Below the pieces are notes generated by a model. It had not been told where the DNA came from and searched no databases. It saw only the letters and a program-made list of their open reading frames with translations. Shown in pieces: positions 1-12,888 of a stretch of 64,000 bases of DNA. The stretch's first letter is position 1. Each line of letters opens with the position of its first letter. Source of the DNA: Octopus bimaculoides (taxonomy: Eukaryota); assembly GCF_001194135.2 (NCBI RefSeq), contig NC_068983.1, positions 108,515,808 to 108,579,807 on the forward strand, in the 5' to 3' direction. The position numbers and the translations under genes were made by a program.

Positions 1-31
<31 letters not shown>

Positions 32-52
32 TAGATAGATAGATAGATAGAT
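1..52. repeat. (TA)n + (TAGA)n microsatellite
   Basis: Direct reading. Similar (TA)n/(CA)n/(CATA)n/(TAA)n/(GAT)n tracts at ~2990, 4750, 5000-5110, 11950-12090, 13260-13560, 17010-17430, 22610, 23680, 26255, 27120, 35505, 36190, 45480-45700, 46815-46905, 47320-47430, 52660-52800, 58045, 60020-60110, 62380. Confidence 0.98.
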
Positions 53-384
53 AATTGCTACATCACACAGAAATTAAGGTCTTATATTAAGCAGATCCAG
101 ACATGTGTGAGTTTGAATGTGCCGTTTAATCCTGTGAGACCACAATTAAGTATGGTTTGTTTCTCTTGAGCTATTATGATTTCCTTTTTAGTTGCAAAAC
201 ATTTTCAAGTAAAATTAGAAGTAGAGTTAAAATAGTTGTTAGGATGAATTGGTGAAAAAGAAGTATAGGGTGGAGAATTGATGTGGTCACAAAAACGATG
301 GAGTGTGTGTAGCTTAAGGAGAAGTTAAGGTAAAACTGTTTAATATAATCAATATGTATAAATGACTTTTGTTTACTTTTGCAG

Positions 385-435
385 ATGGTTTATGCATATA
401 TGCATGAAGAGTTCCATGCCAAAATGCAAAACAAG
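385..435 (+). CDS. Candidate 51-nt internal exon, unknown gene (MVYAYMHEEFHAKMQNK or WFMHICMKSSMPKCKT)
   Basis: tttacttttgcag| acceptor, AAG|gtaaac donor; two of three frames open. Confidence 0.45.
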
Positions 436-771
436 GTAAACATGTTTTGAATTATGCTATACTCCAAATAAATAAATATTATTCAATTAATTAAGTAGCT
501 GATTAATGCATTATATGCAAATAATGATGGATATTAATATTATATCCTGACAAGTTACTTCTCTATATAGTAATTTGGATAAAAATTTTTCTAGACAGTC
601 AAAAATTTCTGGTACATCCATTATAAAAAAAAATCATCTCAAAACTTATTTGTATAAATATTCCATATAATTTTTTGGTTTATTTAAGGGAGCAATAGAC
701 TATTTCCTTATTTTCTTAACCTGAGGCTTTCATATAAATAACTGTAGGATTATGTATATTATTTGTTTCAG

Positions 772-822
772 GCAACATACTGTTGAGTTATCTCTTCTTA
801 CAAGCTTTTGTCATCAAACAAG
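772..822 (+). CDS. Candidate 51-nt internal exon, unknown gene (NILLSYLFLQAFVIKQ or QHTVELSLLTSFCHQT)
   Basis: atttgtttcag| acceptor, AAG|gtataa donor; 336-nt intron from the previous candidate. Confidence 0.45.
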
Positions 823-1629
823 GTATAAGCAAATATTCCACTTTAGCAATTATAACCTCATCAATTTGGCTGTTTCTTTTAAGAAGAAATAACAAATTTT
901 CATTTTTAAAATTTTTATTGTTCTAATTTTGTTATTAAGAAATCAAAATAGATCAGCCTGGTATATACATTTTCTCAAAGACACTCATGGTGTTATTCTT
1001 TTCTCATTTCCCCATTTTCTTTTATCTGTTTGGCTAACTTAGGCTGATGCTTGACAATTTTTTTTTTTTTTTACATCAGATTCAATTCAGGATCTGCCAA
1101 ACCTTTTAAACCTTGGTTTTGAAGTATGGTGTCCATTCTGATAGATTTAGTCTTAATGGAACTATTGAAGTGTCTTTTGTAATGTAGAGCCTGCTCATTA
1201 TTACTGTCTTGTATTCACATATAACACCCACTGCTGAACAACAAGCCTTTATTGTTGTGTACATAACTTCATTAATTTATCTTTAAATTGTACTTGCATC
1301 TCTGGTTTTGCTCACATTATCCACAACTTCCAATCAATGCATATCAGAGTATATTCAAGCACATTTTTGTTTGTGTTTTCACCATCCCAGGAAAGCCAAT
1401 GTACACAAATAAAATATGTTTATATCTAAATGAATTCTGTATTGTCAATGAAATTAACTTAAAAGTTAAGGCTAGGTAACAACAATACTACTTCTTTTGA
1501 AGATAATAAAATTATAGATAATTATTCTTAGAAAATAAGTAAAATGGAAGGTAGTAATATGATTACATGCCAGAGCAGATACTCTCTGTCGGAAGGTTAA
1601 TAACAATTATTGCTGAGAAAACATTAGTG

Positions 1630-2830
1630 ATATTTGAAATAGCAGTAGGAGATCTGAAGAATAAATAGTCTCAAATTCACTTTAAATGTTGAAAGGAAGC
1701 AAGACATGAATGAATGGAACTTTCCAAAAGAAGTGAAGTGTGAAAGGTTATTAGTAATGAATTTTGAAAGAGAAACATTACAGTTACCATTAACATGTAC
1801 TAATATGGCATGTTTCGAGGCAATGTAATATGGCATATGTCCAAACTTAGTAATTCTTTGAACATCTTGGCATAATACAAAAAGCAAGCAAAGGGAAATG
1901 AGTACACTCTATAGAATTACTTCTGCCACATAAATGTAGGGAATATGTCAACATCTTTTCCTGAACTGAGACTTTACATACATTTGGTTGGGAAGTAATA
2001 AGGTTGAAACATTTAAAAATAAGTTATCACTTACACAACAGTCTGGTGAACAAAAGATATGTAATAAAATAACGTTAATGCTAATTAAACTTGGATATTT
2101 CTCATGGATACTTTGAAATATTTTCAGTATCTGCAGAGCTAACATATTCCACTAAGAACAATCGTTGAATAATGAAAGTGTACAATAGAATGAATTCAAT
2201 GTAAAATATTAAAATAAGTAATCTTTTGGGGTAACTATAGGAAAAGTTCTTCGCTAATAGTAAAATACTATATGTTGTATTTATTGATATGGAGAAGGTT
2301 TTTGATTGAGAAACATGCTCTGTAGTTTGGTGATCACTAAGAAAACTTAGCATGAACACATGGCTTGTAAGAGTAATTGATAGCAGCAGCAAAGCAAAAG
2401 TTAGCTATGACTTCAGTGAGAAAATTAGCATGCAGATTAGTGTTCATCAGGGCTTGGCTTGCAACCTAAACCTGTTTATTATAACTTTCCAGGCGTAATA
2501 ATATATTTAAAAAAAAAACTCTTTTAATGACTGGTTGTTCGTGGGAATATCAATATGTTGATGACATAGATCTCATAGCTAAATCTTTAAAGAATTACAG
2601 GAGAAATTTCAGATGAGGAAGCAACATGTAGAATTGAGAGGTCTCAAAGTCATCTTGATCTGACAAGAAAGCTTTGCAGTGAAGAAAGTAAGAATCCACA
2701 GTCATTAGGCAGTTGGTTATACCAAGTATGCAAAAAAGGAGTATATAGGATGCTACTGCTTACCAAATACAAACAATGGCTCACAAGAAATGCATGAGAT
2801 CACAGGTAGGATTTAACCAATGCACAGGAG
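1630..2830 (+). mobile_element. Decayed RTE-clade LINE reverse transcriptase fragment
   Basis: Broken frames give YVVFIDMEKVFD..VVW*SLRKL..WLVRV, ISVHQGL..LFIIT and GCSWEYQYVDDIDLIAKS, matching the RTE RT motifs FVDLEKAFD, GVHQGS and YADD. Confidence 0.9.
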
Positions 2831-2985
2831 TGGTTAGCAGTAGAAGCACTAATGAAATAAATTTTTTTTAAATAGTCAGAAAGCTTGCCTAAGGAAACAC
2901 TTACCAATGCCATACAATGGTACTGAACATGGAACCACATGTAAAATGAACTTCTTCACCACACTGTCATGCCTATAGACACACA

Positions 2986-3036
<51 letters not shown>

Positions 3037-3099
3037 GTATACGTATCATCAGTAGTTGGTCAACACTACATGAGCAACCTGCCTTTGTACATGGTTTTT

Positions 3100-4120
3100 C
3101 AGTAATAACTAATAATGCTTGACACTAGGTGCACAGCACAGCTGAGTGAAACCTTTATGTTATATATATTGAATAATTTCCTGTATATATGGGCCTGCAT
3201 AAAGTATTTATCCCATGATCTAAAGAAGGCCCTTCTCATACAGGTTTTCATGTTGAGCGAGAAAGGGAGGGAAAACCAGATAACTTTTCAGTGATGCTTC
3301 CTGTAGTGGGTGTTAGGGGTTGGCATATAAATGATGCAGTCTTTAAGCCCACTGGCTACCAGCATCTTGACATAAAAGGAGACCACTGCATCATAGACAT
3401 CTTTATTGAAGGATAAGTATAAGATCTTTCTATTGAAATGCTTTATAATGTTTTTAAACAATGTAGGTGGGAGGCATGATAGTGGTGTTGTTGTACAACA
3501 GCATGTTATTTGTTTTGCTGTTAGGCCTTTATGAACCTGTATCTAAATTGATCATTGCCTTCAAGAAATTTGCAGTAGTAAGGCTGAAGAAGTTAAGAGT
3601 GTGGATAAGGTCTTTTTTTCCTCGAACCTACTCAGAGTGTGCCTGCTCTTGCCTCTAAAGATGGCTAAAACATCATCTCCATGCAGGTCAAAGAAGGATA
3701 ATGGATTTCTTACCAAGGGTGTCAAGTATAAAATGACCTATCAGGTCACAGATATCTATGCAGTCGAATACCTCAATGACCATGTTGGAGAAGCCTTCAA
3801 AGTCTGATCATTTGATGCAGGTCAGACATTTATCAAACAGCAGGGTTTTTCTGGCAAGCATTATTACATCTATATTTCCATAACAAATTTTGATACAGCT
3901 TAATAAAATGAATAGCCCTACTTGACAACTCTTTTAATAAAGCTGGGTGTTTATTCTGTACCCTGATTTGCCTTAAACCCCAAGATTGCTTCATTTGTGT
4001 TTCAACCTTAAGAAAAGATGATATGTTTGGAAATGCAACCCAAAGAGGTGGGTAAGCATCATCCATGGCTAAAAATGGGGTTGGGAGATAACAAACAAGT
4101 AGTGTGAGGGAAAGTTGAAA
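3100..4120 (-). mobile_element. Decayed Penelope-like element (PLE) RT and downstream region
   Basis: Minus-strand pieces GDDVLAIFRGKSRHTL, NLDTGS*RPNSKTNNMLLYNN, PPTLFKNIIKHFNRKILYLSFNKDVYDA and DKYF..HIYRKLFNIYNIKVSLSC follow the motif order of marine-invertebrate PLE RTs. Confidence 0.85.
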
Positions 4121-4345
4121 AGAATTTTCATGAGACAATTTCTGCAGCATATATTTTTCTCTGTCAGGGTGTATATGAAAATGTTAAATATGTTTGCACA
4201 AGCCTATATTTCATTCAGTGCCACTTAGTAATACTTCTAATTAATCCATTCTAACTTGGTAAAGCTTTGCACACATCAGCAAATGTACCATTTGCTGGTA
4301 CATAATAACAACTTGTTCTTAGTAGCTATGAAGGGCAACTTCGCA

Positions 4346-4394
4346 ACTGTAGCTGATGACACACAAAAATGAAGAAATGCATGTGTCCTACAGT
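4346..4394 (+). ncRNA. Degenerate minimal type I hammerhead ribozyme
   Basis: ACTGTAG-CTGATGA-cacacaaaaatgaa-GAAA-TGCATGT-GTC-CTACAGT: perfect 7-bp stem I, both core boxes and a GUC triplet; stem II decayed. Confidence 0.7.
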
Positions 4395-4514
4395 CTTCTG
4401 ACACCATTCACAGCCTAATGAAGTGTTTCCACATATTCTCTGTAAGGAAGAGTTTTATTAAGAGAGAATTTCTGCAGCATATGTTTTTCCATGTCCATGT
4501 GTACATGAGCAATA

Positions 4515-4733
4515 CTTGGATTGGATTTATAAATATTTCAATACATCATTATGCGTGTTTCCACAAATCACAAGCTTAAGGTCATAGTCTGTTTTCCTGG
4601 GATACTCACAGTCCTTCCATACTACAGACTGCATTGTAATCATCCCAGGAATACGGACTATGATCTTAAGAAGCATATGATTTGTGGAAACGCAAATAGC
4701 AATGCAGTAAAATATTGTTAAATTCCATCCAAG
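4515..4733. repeat. Imperfect ~220-bp palindrome (fold-back or MITE-like)
   Basis: cttggattgg..gtttccacaaatca..ttaaggtcatagtc..ttcctgggat is mirrored by atcccaggaa..gactatgatcttaag..tgatttgtggaaac..ccatccaag. Confidence 0.85.
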
Positions 4734-4751
4734 GATTATCATTATTATTAC

Positions 4752-4789
<38 letters not shown>

Positions 4790-5071
4790 CATGCACACAA
4801 ATATACAAATTCCTTAGCTTACTGCTGTTCCTGCCATAAGAAACAGTGTACTCAGTGCTGAGCGGTTGTGCAACACCTTATTACCTTATAGGAATCTTCA
4901 TTTTAATCTTTGTACCTGCTTAATGCTTTATTCTGAATTATACGTATATTGAGTTCTAACAAGTTATTAGAATCACTATGCTTTAGCGAAATCATAAAAT
5001 ATATACACACATACAGATATACATGCATACACACATGCATACATGCAGACATACCTACCTACATACATACA

Positions 5072-5103
<32 letters not shown>

Positions 5104-7490
5104 CATGTACACCTATTGATTAACTTTGCTTATATGAACTTAGGCTTGATAAAACAAGAACCAAATATGAATTCATAGTAATTAAATTAAATATAATCCT
5201 GTAATATTTGTAGCTTTCAGCTAAAGTTAGATATCACTACCACTATCTTTGATGCATTGATGCAGCAGAATTGAAAGAGCATACATCCTGAATCATTCAT
5301 TTAGAAATGACTTTTAATTGTCATCACATACCATATGTTTCTGAATCTAGTCTAGTTTAACCTATGGTTGAGATTTTAGTGTCAAGCAAAAAAGGAGAGG
5401 GGATAGAAAGAAAAATTCCCTTTGGAATACTCATCTGATAGAAGTGGGGTTAATGTTTATAATTCCTAAACTTGTCTGCTTATGCAGAATTGTTTGGTTA
5501 TTTATTTGTAATGTATTTGCATATTATTAGATCTACATTTTGCAAGTAGTGACTACTGGTAAAAGCCTCCTGATAGTCAAACTTTCTCCTACTACAATTT
5601 TGTTCTTATGGCTTTGTTAATCAACAATTCATCATTGTAACCATATGAGACTGTGCAGTACCCCTTATGTTCTTTCGCAAGTTGGTTGCTTTTTATCCAT
5701 TGGGATATTCTTGAAGTTGAGATAATTGTCATCATCATCATTTTCTTCTTTTTCTTCTTCTCCACTCATCCCACCCATCACCACTATTTCCATCATCATG
5801 CATTATGTGACTATGAAATGAGGTGGATGATGGGATAGTTATATGCCCAGTGGGAAGTGTTGGTTGCAAAATATTAACATCACAATCATTATTCACATTT
5901 ATTATTCATTTGATATCTCATCAGATTTATCTAATTGATTCTGTGATAATTCTGTGCATATATTCTCAGAATACATGCATATTTACCAATATGCACAAAA
6001 GTTGTATAACTATGCAAAACAATTATCAGAAGGAAACTATAATTATGAAATTAAAATTGTACTTTAAAAAAATGAGTAACTCTTTAGTTAATGCAGCTTT
6101 TCCTATATATTTTATATCGTTTTGTTCAGAAGATTATTAACAAACAGAAATCAGTTAATATAAGTGCTGTATGATAATTGTATGTTAAAAGCACGTTGGC
6201 TTATAAACAGCATTATTGAGATTAATTCAAAATATAGAGATACATCCAACATTGCAAGCCAGTTTGAATCTCATTCAAAAACCATCAACTTTACTTATTT
6301 AGTTGACTAAAGTATGAATGCCACTCAATGCTTCACATTTACATTTTCCTTTCTCTGTAAATATATAGACTTACTCCTGAGATACAAATTATCATGGTTT
6401 TGTAATAGCATAACAAATAAAGCAAATGAAATTTAAAAGATAAACTGTATTCTTAATAAAATAGTGTATGTTAATGGTTTATATTTGTGTACATTTAAAA
6501 GAAAGTCAGTAATATCATAAATAAGACATCATCCTTATGTAGACTGGCTGACAGATAAGAAAAATTGATAAACATATCGTAAGATACTACTGGAAGCTTT
6601 TCATCAATTAAAAAAATGATCCACTTCACAACTGTTCATTGAATCAAAGTCAGGATATTATATCTTCCTTTCAAACTCTGTAATATTAAACATTACAAAT
6701 AATTCTAAACATAAAATGCTACAGCTTTTTCTAAAGGACCGAATTAGTTACATTTTATATGATACTTGCAGCAATATCAATAAGATGTATCAATATGTTA
6801 AGTAAAACACTATCTTTTAATATGAATAATACTGCTATTTGTGGCCCTTTGGCTACATATTTCCAATGAAAACGTCTATCACAGTTTAATAAATGCAATA
6901 TTCTACTTTGTGTAACACTTGTCCAATTTCATTCCCCCAGTCGCATAATTTTAAGTCTTCTTTCTTTACTAATTCACAAATTTCTATCCTTTCTTTTTAC
7001 AACAGATGCCAATAAAGATAGTAATCCCATCAGTATTGTTCTCATAATTAATTCTCATCTTATTAAACCTCTCCTACAATTTATAGAGCTTTTACTTTTT
7101 TGTAAGAATATTTCTTACAAAGCTCAAAATAACAAAAGCTAGCTTAATTTTTAAAATACAAACTGAAATTTGGCTAATGATTGTATTTTTATACCCATTC
7201 TATCTCATACTCATTCTCACTGCTTTGTTTGCCCTATTCCATCTTTACAAATGCAGGAGAATTTTTTGGACATTCAGCTAATATTTTATATTGTTGAATA
7301 AATGAGGTTTCACAGTTGGACACTTACTAAATACATAATTCTTAAAATATGATAGAACCAGTGACCTGAGAATGAAATTTGCTTAGTGGGTGCAATCCCA
7401 AGTCCAAAGTTTTTTACAAAAAAAAGTGGAATTTTTCAATGTTAATACTTATACAAATGCAGGTATTATAACAATTTTTATTATTATTAT

Positions 7491-7965
7491 TAGGGTCAGC
7501 CAAAATGTTCATAGGCTGAACAAGATACTGTCATGGAATGTGACCAAATGAAGTTCATTTTTTAACATAGCTCCTCTTACTGTCCACACACTTCCATCAG
7601 TGTAGCAGTGCTTGGATCACATTAGTGAAGACACTATCTTGTCAGTCAAAAAAGTCATCAACACCTGATAAGACGACATCATCACAGTGATACTGGTGCC
7701 CAGCCAAGTGTTTTCTCATATTGGGAAACATGTCACTAAAATAGGAAGGGTCATCAACCAGTTCAAAGCTAGTCACTCACAGCAGCCATTGAAACCAAGG
7801 ACTTGCATGCTGAAGCATTGTCCTAATGAAACAAGACACCCTTCATCAGTTTTTCTGGGCATCTGGTCTTGATACCCTTTTGTAACTACCTTAGCAAGTT
7901 GGCATAGAACATTCCATTGATGGTGTGATCATTTTGAAGATAGTCAATAAACACAGTGAGAAGTC
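7491..7965 (-). mobile_element. Mariner transposon 3' half with one terminus
   Basis: Minus translation IDYLQNDHTINGMFYANLLR..KGVLFH*DNA..FELVDDP..MFPNMRKHLAG..DDFFD matches the mariner D,D34D transposase C-terminus. Confidence 0.85.
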
Positions 7966-7984
7966 TTGAAATTACAGCAAGCAA

Positions 7985-8270
7985 GTTTCAACAGCTCTTC
8001 ATTGCCAGCCTATGAAATATTCAGCCCACTCTCATACATGTGTAGAAGTGGTTCGAATTTTAATAAAACATTTTCTATACTCGATCGTTTTGGCAAGGAA
8101 ACTTTGCATAAATATATGCAAAGCATTTTTCTTGCAAAAGTTTTTATGCACACACGCACATTACGATACAGTGTGTTGGGTGGTGCTGAAGGGTTTGTGG
8201 TACAAAACTGGGTCTTCAAACAACGAAGTGTGCTGAACATTCTCTCGACTGATGCACAAAAAAAAATAAG
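7985..8270 (-). mobile_element. Possible hAT transposase C-terminal dimerisation fragment
   Basis: Minus frame CASVERMFSTLRCLKTQ resembles the hATC motif SxxxERxFSxLxxxKT; single motif only. Confidence 0.4.
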
Positions 8271-8280
8271 CTAGTTCTCT

Positions 8281-8560
8281 GATGCAGTTCAGTGTCCTGA
8301 TACAGTTAAGTGTCCTGATGCAATGTAGTGCTCAGATGCAGCTTAGTGCCCCGATGCAGTTAAGTGTACATGGAGAAATGGGAACTTCCTGGAAAGTCCA
8401 AGGATGGAGAATTGCTGCAAAAGCCCAAGGAGACTTCCTGGAAAAGTCCAAGGATATTTCTTTCCTGGAACAGACCAATTGGAGACATGGAGACATCTTG
8501 GAAAAATCAATGGCAATACGAAAAAGTCTATGGAGACTTCCTGAAAAAGTTCATAGAGAC
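8281..8560 (+). repeat. Minisatellite: 5x18 bp (GATGCAGTTAAGTGTCCT), then degenerate ~24-bp units (TGGAGACTTCCTGGAAAAGTCCA)
   Basis: 18-bp units start at 8281, 8299, 8317, 8335 and 8353; second motif recurs about 5 times. Confidence 0.85.
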
Positions 8561-10119
8561 AAAATTACAAAGCAGTGCTCCAGCATGGCTGCAGTAAAAT
8601 GACACACACACAGTGTGAGACAGACAGATTGAAAATTTGCACAGAAGCAATTAGAAAAAGATCACATAGAAGTGGCTGTGGTGGCAACATTGGCATAAGA
8701 TGTGTACTGCATTGGCTGATGTTGCTTGTCTGAATTGTGCATCTTGTCCCAGGTAAATGAGCAAAATTACAGTTACTGAGATGCATAGTTTCTTGTATTG
8801 AGAAAAATGGCATATTTTGTGGTTCCATGCATTCATAGATTTTACTTTATTTACAGTTGGAAGATTCATCATGGAGCTGTGAAGTATAAATTCAGACTGA
8901 AATGGACAGTGGTTGGAAGAAAGGTGCGATTCCTCACTAATTAGAGGAGTAATAGTGGTTATGGTAGTAGTATGATAATGATGAGGATGATAGGTCAATT
9001 GTAGTATTAAGAGAAAATGAAGAATGTGGATAACTGGACAGTGAATGGCTTTTCATTGTGGAATTTAATAGGTCATCAATTGTGGTAGTTTTGAGGAGTG
9101 GCTGCTGATCATGTTGCTGCTGCTGCTATATACACTCATATATATATATCACACTATCACACATCAAAGTTTATATAATATACATGTGTGTGTGTGTGCT
9201 TTGTCTGAATTTTATAGTGTTAATTATCCATCACAGCTGGTCCTACCATTGATTTCATGTGAAATTATATAATGGAGTGTTAAGCAACAAACCAGTTATA
9301 TAATATACACTTGTCAGAGATAGCCAAATATAGATACATATTCTTTTAGTTTTGATGCTAATGATGTTTTAGTTCAGTAGTATATCTTTCTAGAATTCCT
9401 TTGGGAATTTTATGGCCAACTTCATCAGTTAACATTTTGGACATTTTTTATTTATTTATTTTTGTCCTTGGATCTTGTGGTTTTTGTTACAGTTTACAAT
9501 TTCGTTCCAGTTGTTTTGAAATTTGGTATATAGATTAAGTTTTGTATACTAGCTATGAAAATGAAATTCAGTTTTCCTATAAATCCATAATAAGGAAGTT
9601 ATTAGCCTTTAAAATTTGCAAAATTTGGGTATTTTAGCCAATCAGAAACAAGTATTTTACACATCACCATGCCAAAAAATGCAGTTTCCATAGTAGCCAA
9701 AGAAGCTGTGCATGTGCACAAAATGGAGAAGGAGATACGAGAAAGATAATCTTCTACTGTTGGAGTATATGTATGTGTGTGTATGCGTGTACATGTGAAG
9801 TGTGTGAATGTATGTGAATATTGTCAAGTGTATTAATTTGATTTACCATCCATATTTATATATAAAACACTACAATTAGCCATAATTTTTGATGGCATGG
9901 AGCCAGCTAGATTGTCTTATAAAATCCTAAAGAGTATTGCAAACTTTCATTCTTGAATTTTTTAACTAATAAATGTCTATTTTAAACACTGCTTTGACTG
10001 TTATTTCTAGCAACTCCTGTTGGTTTGTTCGTTCATAGCTTTTAAGTATTTAATTTGATTGCGAATGTTTTAATATTAACTTCATTCATGTATATTTTAA
10101 TGTTTTGACTTATTTCTAA

Positions 10120-10505
10120 CAATGTTTTGACATGCTGATGTCTCCCCACTCCCCGCCGATGATTGAAGAGGCAGTGAGTGTGCTGTTTTTTGATTGGCTG
10201 AAAATTCTAAAAATGATCAAACTTTGAATTCTGGTAACATTTTTGCAAAATTTTTCTGGAATAAATGAATAGGAAATTTTAAAAAAATATAATTGTAAAC
10301 AGTGATAAAAGCCACAAGGATCCTTGTCTTTTGTTCTTGTTTTAAGAAGAAACCTAACTTCAAGCAACTTCTTACAGATTAATTTTTAGATACTATGTTT
10401 TGAACCAGACGAAGTATGTAGGGGTACAAATTTTAATTCTGCAGACCCCGCAAAATTTTAGTAGGGTGCAAGCATACCACCTGCATCCCCTGTTCCTGGG
10501 GCCCT
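10120..10505. mobile_element. Unclassified DNA-transposon-like fragment
   Basis: GC-richer block ending gcatcccctgttcctggggccct, a terminus style seen in hAT-type MITEs; other end not found. Confidence 0.3.
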
Positions 10506-11948
10506 TAAATAGAACCTGTTCTCAAAATAGCTGATAAAACAATTGAGTATAATTCCAAATTCTTGTATTGTTGTCTGAGTACTCAAAAGATCTTGTTGAA
10601 TAGATGAATATATGATCAGTTAGTCATGGGTTTTACCCACCAGTTCACAGGAGCATGATTAGATCGAATAGTATAAAGAACTCATTGAGCAAAGTATGAG
10701 TGTCAATACGTTTGATCAAAATCACTGTGTCAGGCAAAATACATTTAGCTTCACTTGTGAGATATGTTAGGGAGAAAATTTGTATGTGAGAGCTCCTTAT
10801 ATACTGATATATAGTCTGAGAAACAAATACATAGAAGAGAAGAGAGATATCTACTCTGGAAGTGGCAAGAGAGGGGATGAGAAACAGATGAAAGTTACAT
10901 GGTAGCAGGAGCTGTGCTTTTGATGGTGATGTTGATGATGCTGGTGATAATGATGGAGACAGTAAAAAGGTGTTGATATTACTTTGCCTCTATCAATTTA
11001 GCTATCTTTCAGTCCTGTTGTACATCTGTCCTTCTGTCGACTCATCTATATATAACTAGCTCTCCTTTATATATAAATTTAGTCCTTGATGTGCCCTCAG
11101 ATGAAACAAAATATATTTTGACAGATGTATTGTTTTTGGTAAAGCATAAGATTAGTTAAATATTTAACCATATATTAAAATTTATGTTTATACACTATTA
11201 CAGGAGCATGTTAGTTTTATATTCTCCATTGAATGATATAGGTTAGTACTGACAGACTTTATTTTTCAAATGATTATATCATGTGTTGTACAGTTTTAAT
11301 ATTGAGTTGTAGATATATAGTTTTTTTTATAGATATTTTTCAGAGAAGATATACTGAATTATATAGGTTAAAAGAATTCATACTCTTGCCTTTAGTTTTG
11401 GGTTTTACTCTTTCAAGCTGACATTATCTCAGATACCATATTCATATTCCACAATACATGTGACACAAGATATATGAAGAAACCAACAGCACTATATCAT
11501 CTAAATATTCTCTTATCTTAAACCTGATTACTTTTCAAAGTTAAGCTGATAACATCAATCTTTTATGCTGATAAAAATCACACTTTTACAGTAACATACA
11601 ATAAGGGCAAGAATGTAACAAAACACACACTAAAAATATAAACAAAATGTTATTTATCATTCTTGATATAGTTCAAATAAAATTCATTTTAGTGATTTAA
11701 CAAAAAATTTTTTTCATAAAGTTTTATACACCATTTTGTTTTCATAGTGAAATATTTTATCTTAAAATAGTTGCAAACATCCAACGAATACCAGAGATAT
11801 GAATGTTGTAGCTGAACATTAGAATGAAGCCAAAAGAAAAGAGAAATCAGTTGCTGGGGTGAGGTCAGTGAGTAATGATAATCTAACAATGATAATAATG
11901 TTTAGAAGTTTAGACAATACTTATAAATTTTTTTTAATAACTTTACTT

Positions 11949-12017
<69 letters not shown>

Positions 12018-12121
12018 TATAATACAAATAATATATGAGTATATGCACATATACATACATATATATATATATGTATATATGTATATGTATCCTAAAATAA
12101 CTAATCTGAATTTCTCAATAG

Positions 12122-12204
12122 GATTTCTGAGGGATTTACCCTTTGAAGATAAGAACTTCAAAGAATTCACAAATCAAGAACTTCAAAATTCTGCACAAAT
12201 GTAA
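12122..12204 (+). CDS. Candidate terminal exon (GFLRDLPFEDKNFKEFTNQELQNSAQM*)
   Basis: ctaat branch-like site plus tttctcaatag| acceptor; protein-like composition ending at TAA. Confidence 0.3.
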
Positions 12205-12282
12205 TATTATATTCATTGCTTAACTGGTCATTTATTTCCTAAAAACAGAGTCAGTGAAACACAATTTCGACAAGTGAATTGT

Positions 12283-12494
12283 TTTCAAATTTTGGCATAA
12301 AGCCAGCAGGTTAGAGGGATGGGGCTAAGTAAATTACACCAACTCCAGTGTTCAACTGGTACTTATTTTATTGACCATGAAAGGATGAGAGGCAAAGATG
12401 AACTCAGAGGAATTTGAACTCAGAACGTAAATGACAAAATACCACTAAGCATTTTGCCCAATGTACTAACCATTCTACACCAGCTCACTACCTT
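12283..12494 (-). mobile_element. tRNA-head SINE, family A
   Basis: Reverse match to the copy at 16526-16739 (GTGAGCTGG head, GAGTTCAAATT B-box, CTTTCATCCTTT..AAGTACCAG core). Confidence 0.85.
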
Positions 12495-12606
12495 ATTTTG
12501 ACATGTAAATTAAAAAGTAATATTGAATAGAACTAATCCAAATATACTGTGTTAAACAAAACAAATACCCTAAAGAAAATTGCACTTTTTATCAAGATCT
12601 TTTACC

Positions 12607-12815
12607 TTTTATCTTTTACTTGTTTTAGTAATTAGACTGTGGCCATGCTGGAGTACTGCCTAGAAGAATTTTAATCAAATGAATCAACCCCAGTACATTT
12701 TCTTTTAAAACTTGGTATTTAACCTGTTGTCTCTTTTGCTGAACCACTAAGTTAAAGAGATGTAAAGATACCAACACTGATTGTCAACTGGTGGTGGGGA
12801 ACAAACACTTGTATA
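12607..12815 (-). mobile_element. SINE family B, 3' half
   Basis: ttttacttgtttt..gactgtggccatgctggag..gaaccactaagtt matches 52103-52512. Confidence 0.8.
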
Positions 12816-12888
12816 TCTACATGCAAGGAAAAGCATATATAATGGGATTTATACATTTATTTATTTGTACATTGTAGGCTTATAGCTG

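Noticed and set aside
5650-6000. Protein-like minus-strand stretches (..GDGWDEWRRRKRRK*, SGEEEKEENDDDD..)
   Set aside because: Built on purine-rich low-complexity sequence, bounded by stops, with no consistent splice model.
10392-10415. 24-nt apparent exon with gtatgt donor
   Set aside because: Sits inside a transposon-like fragment.
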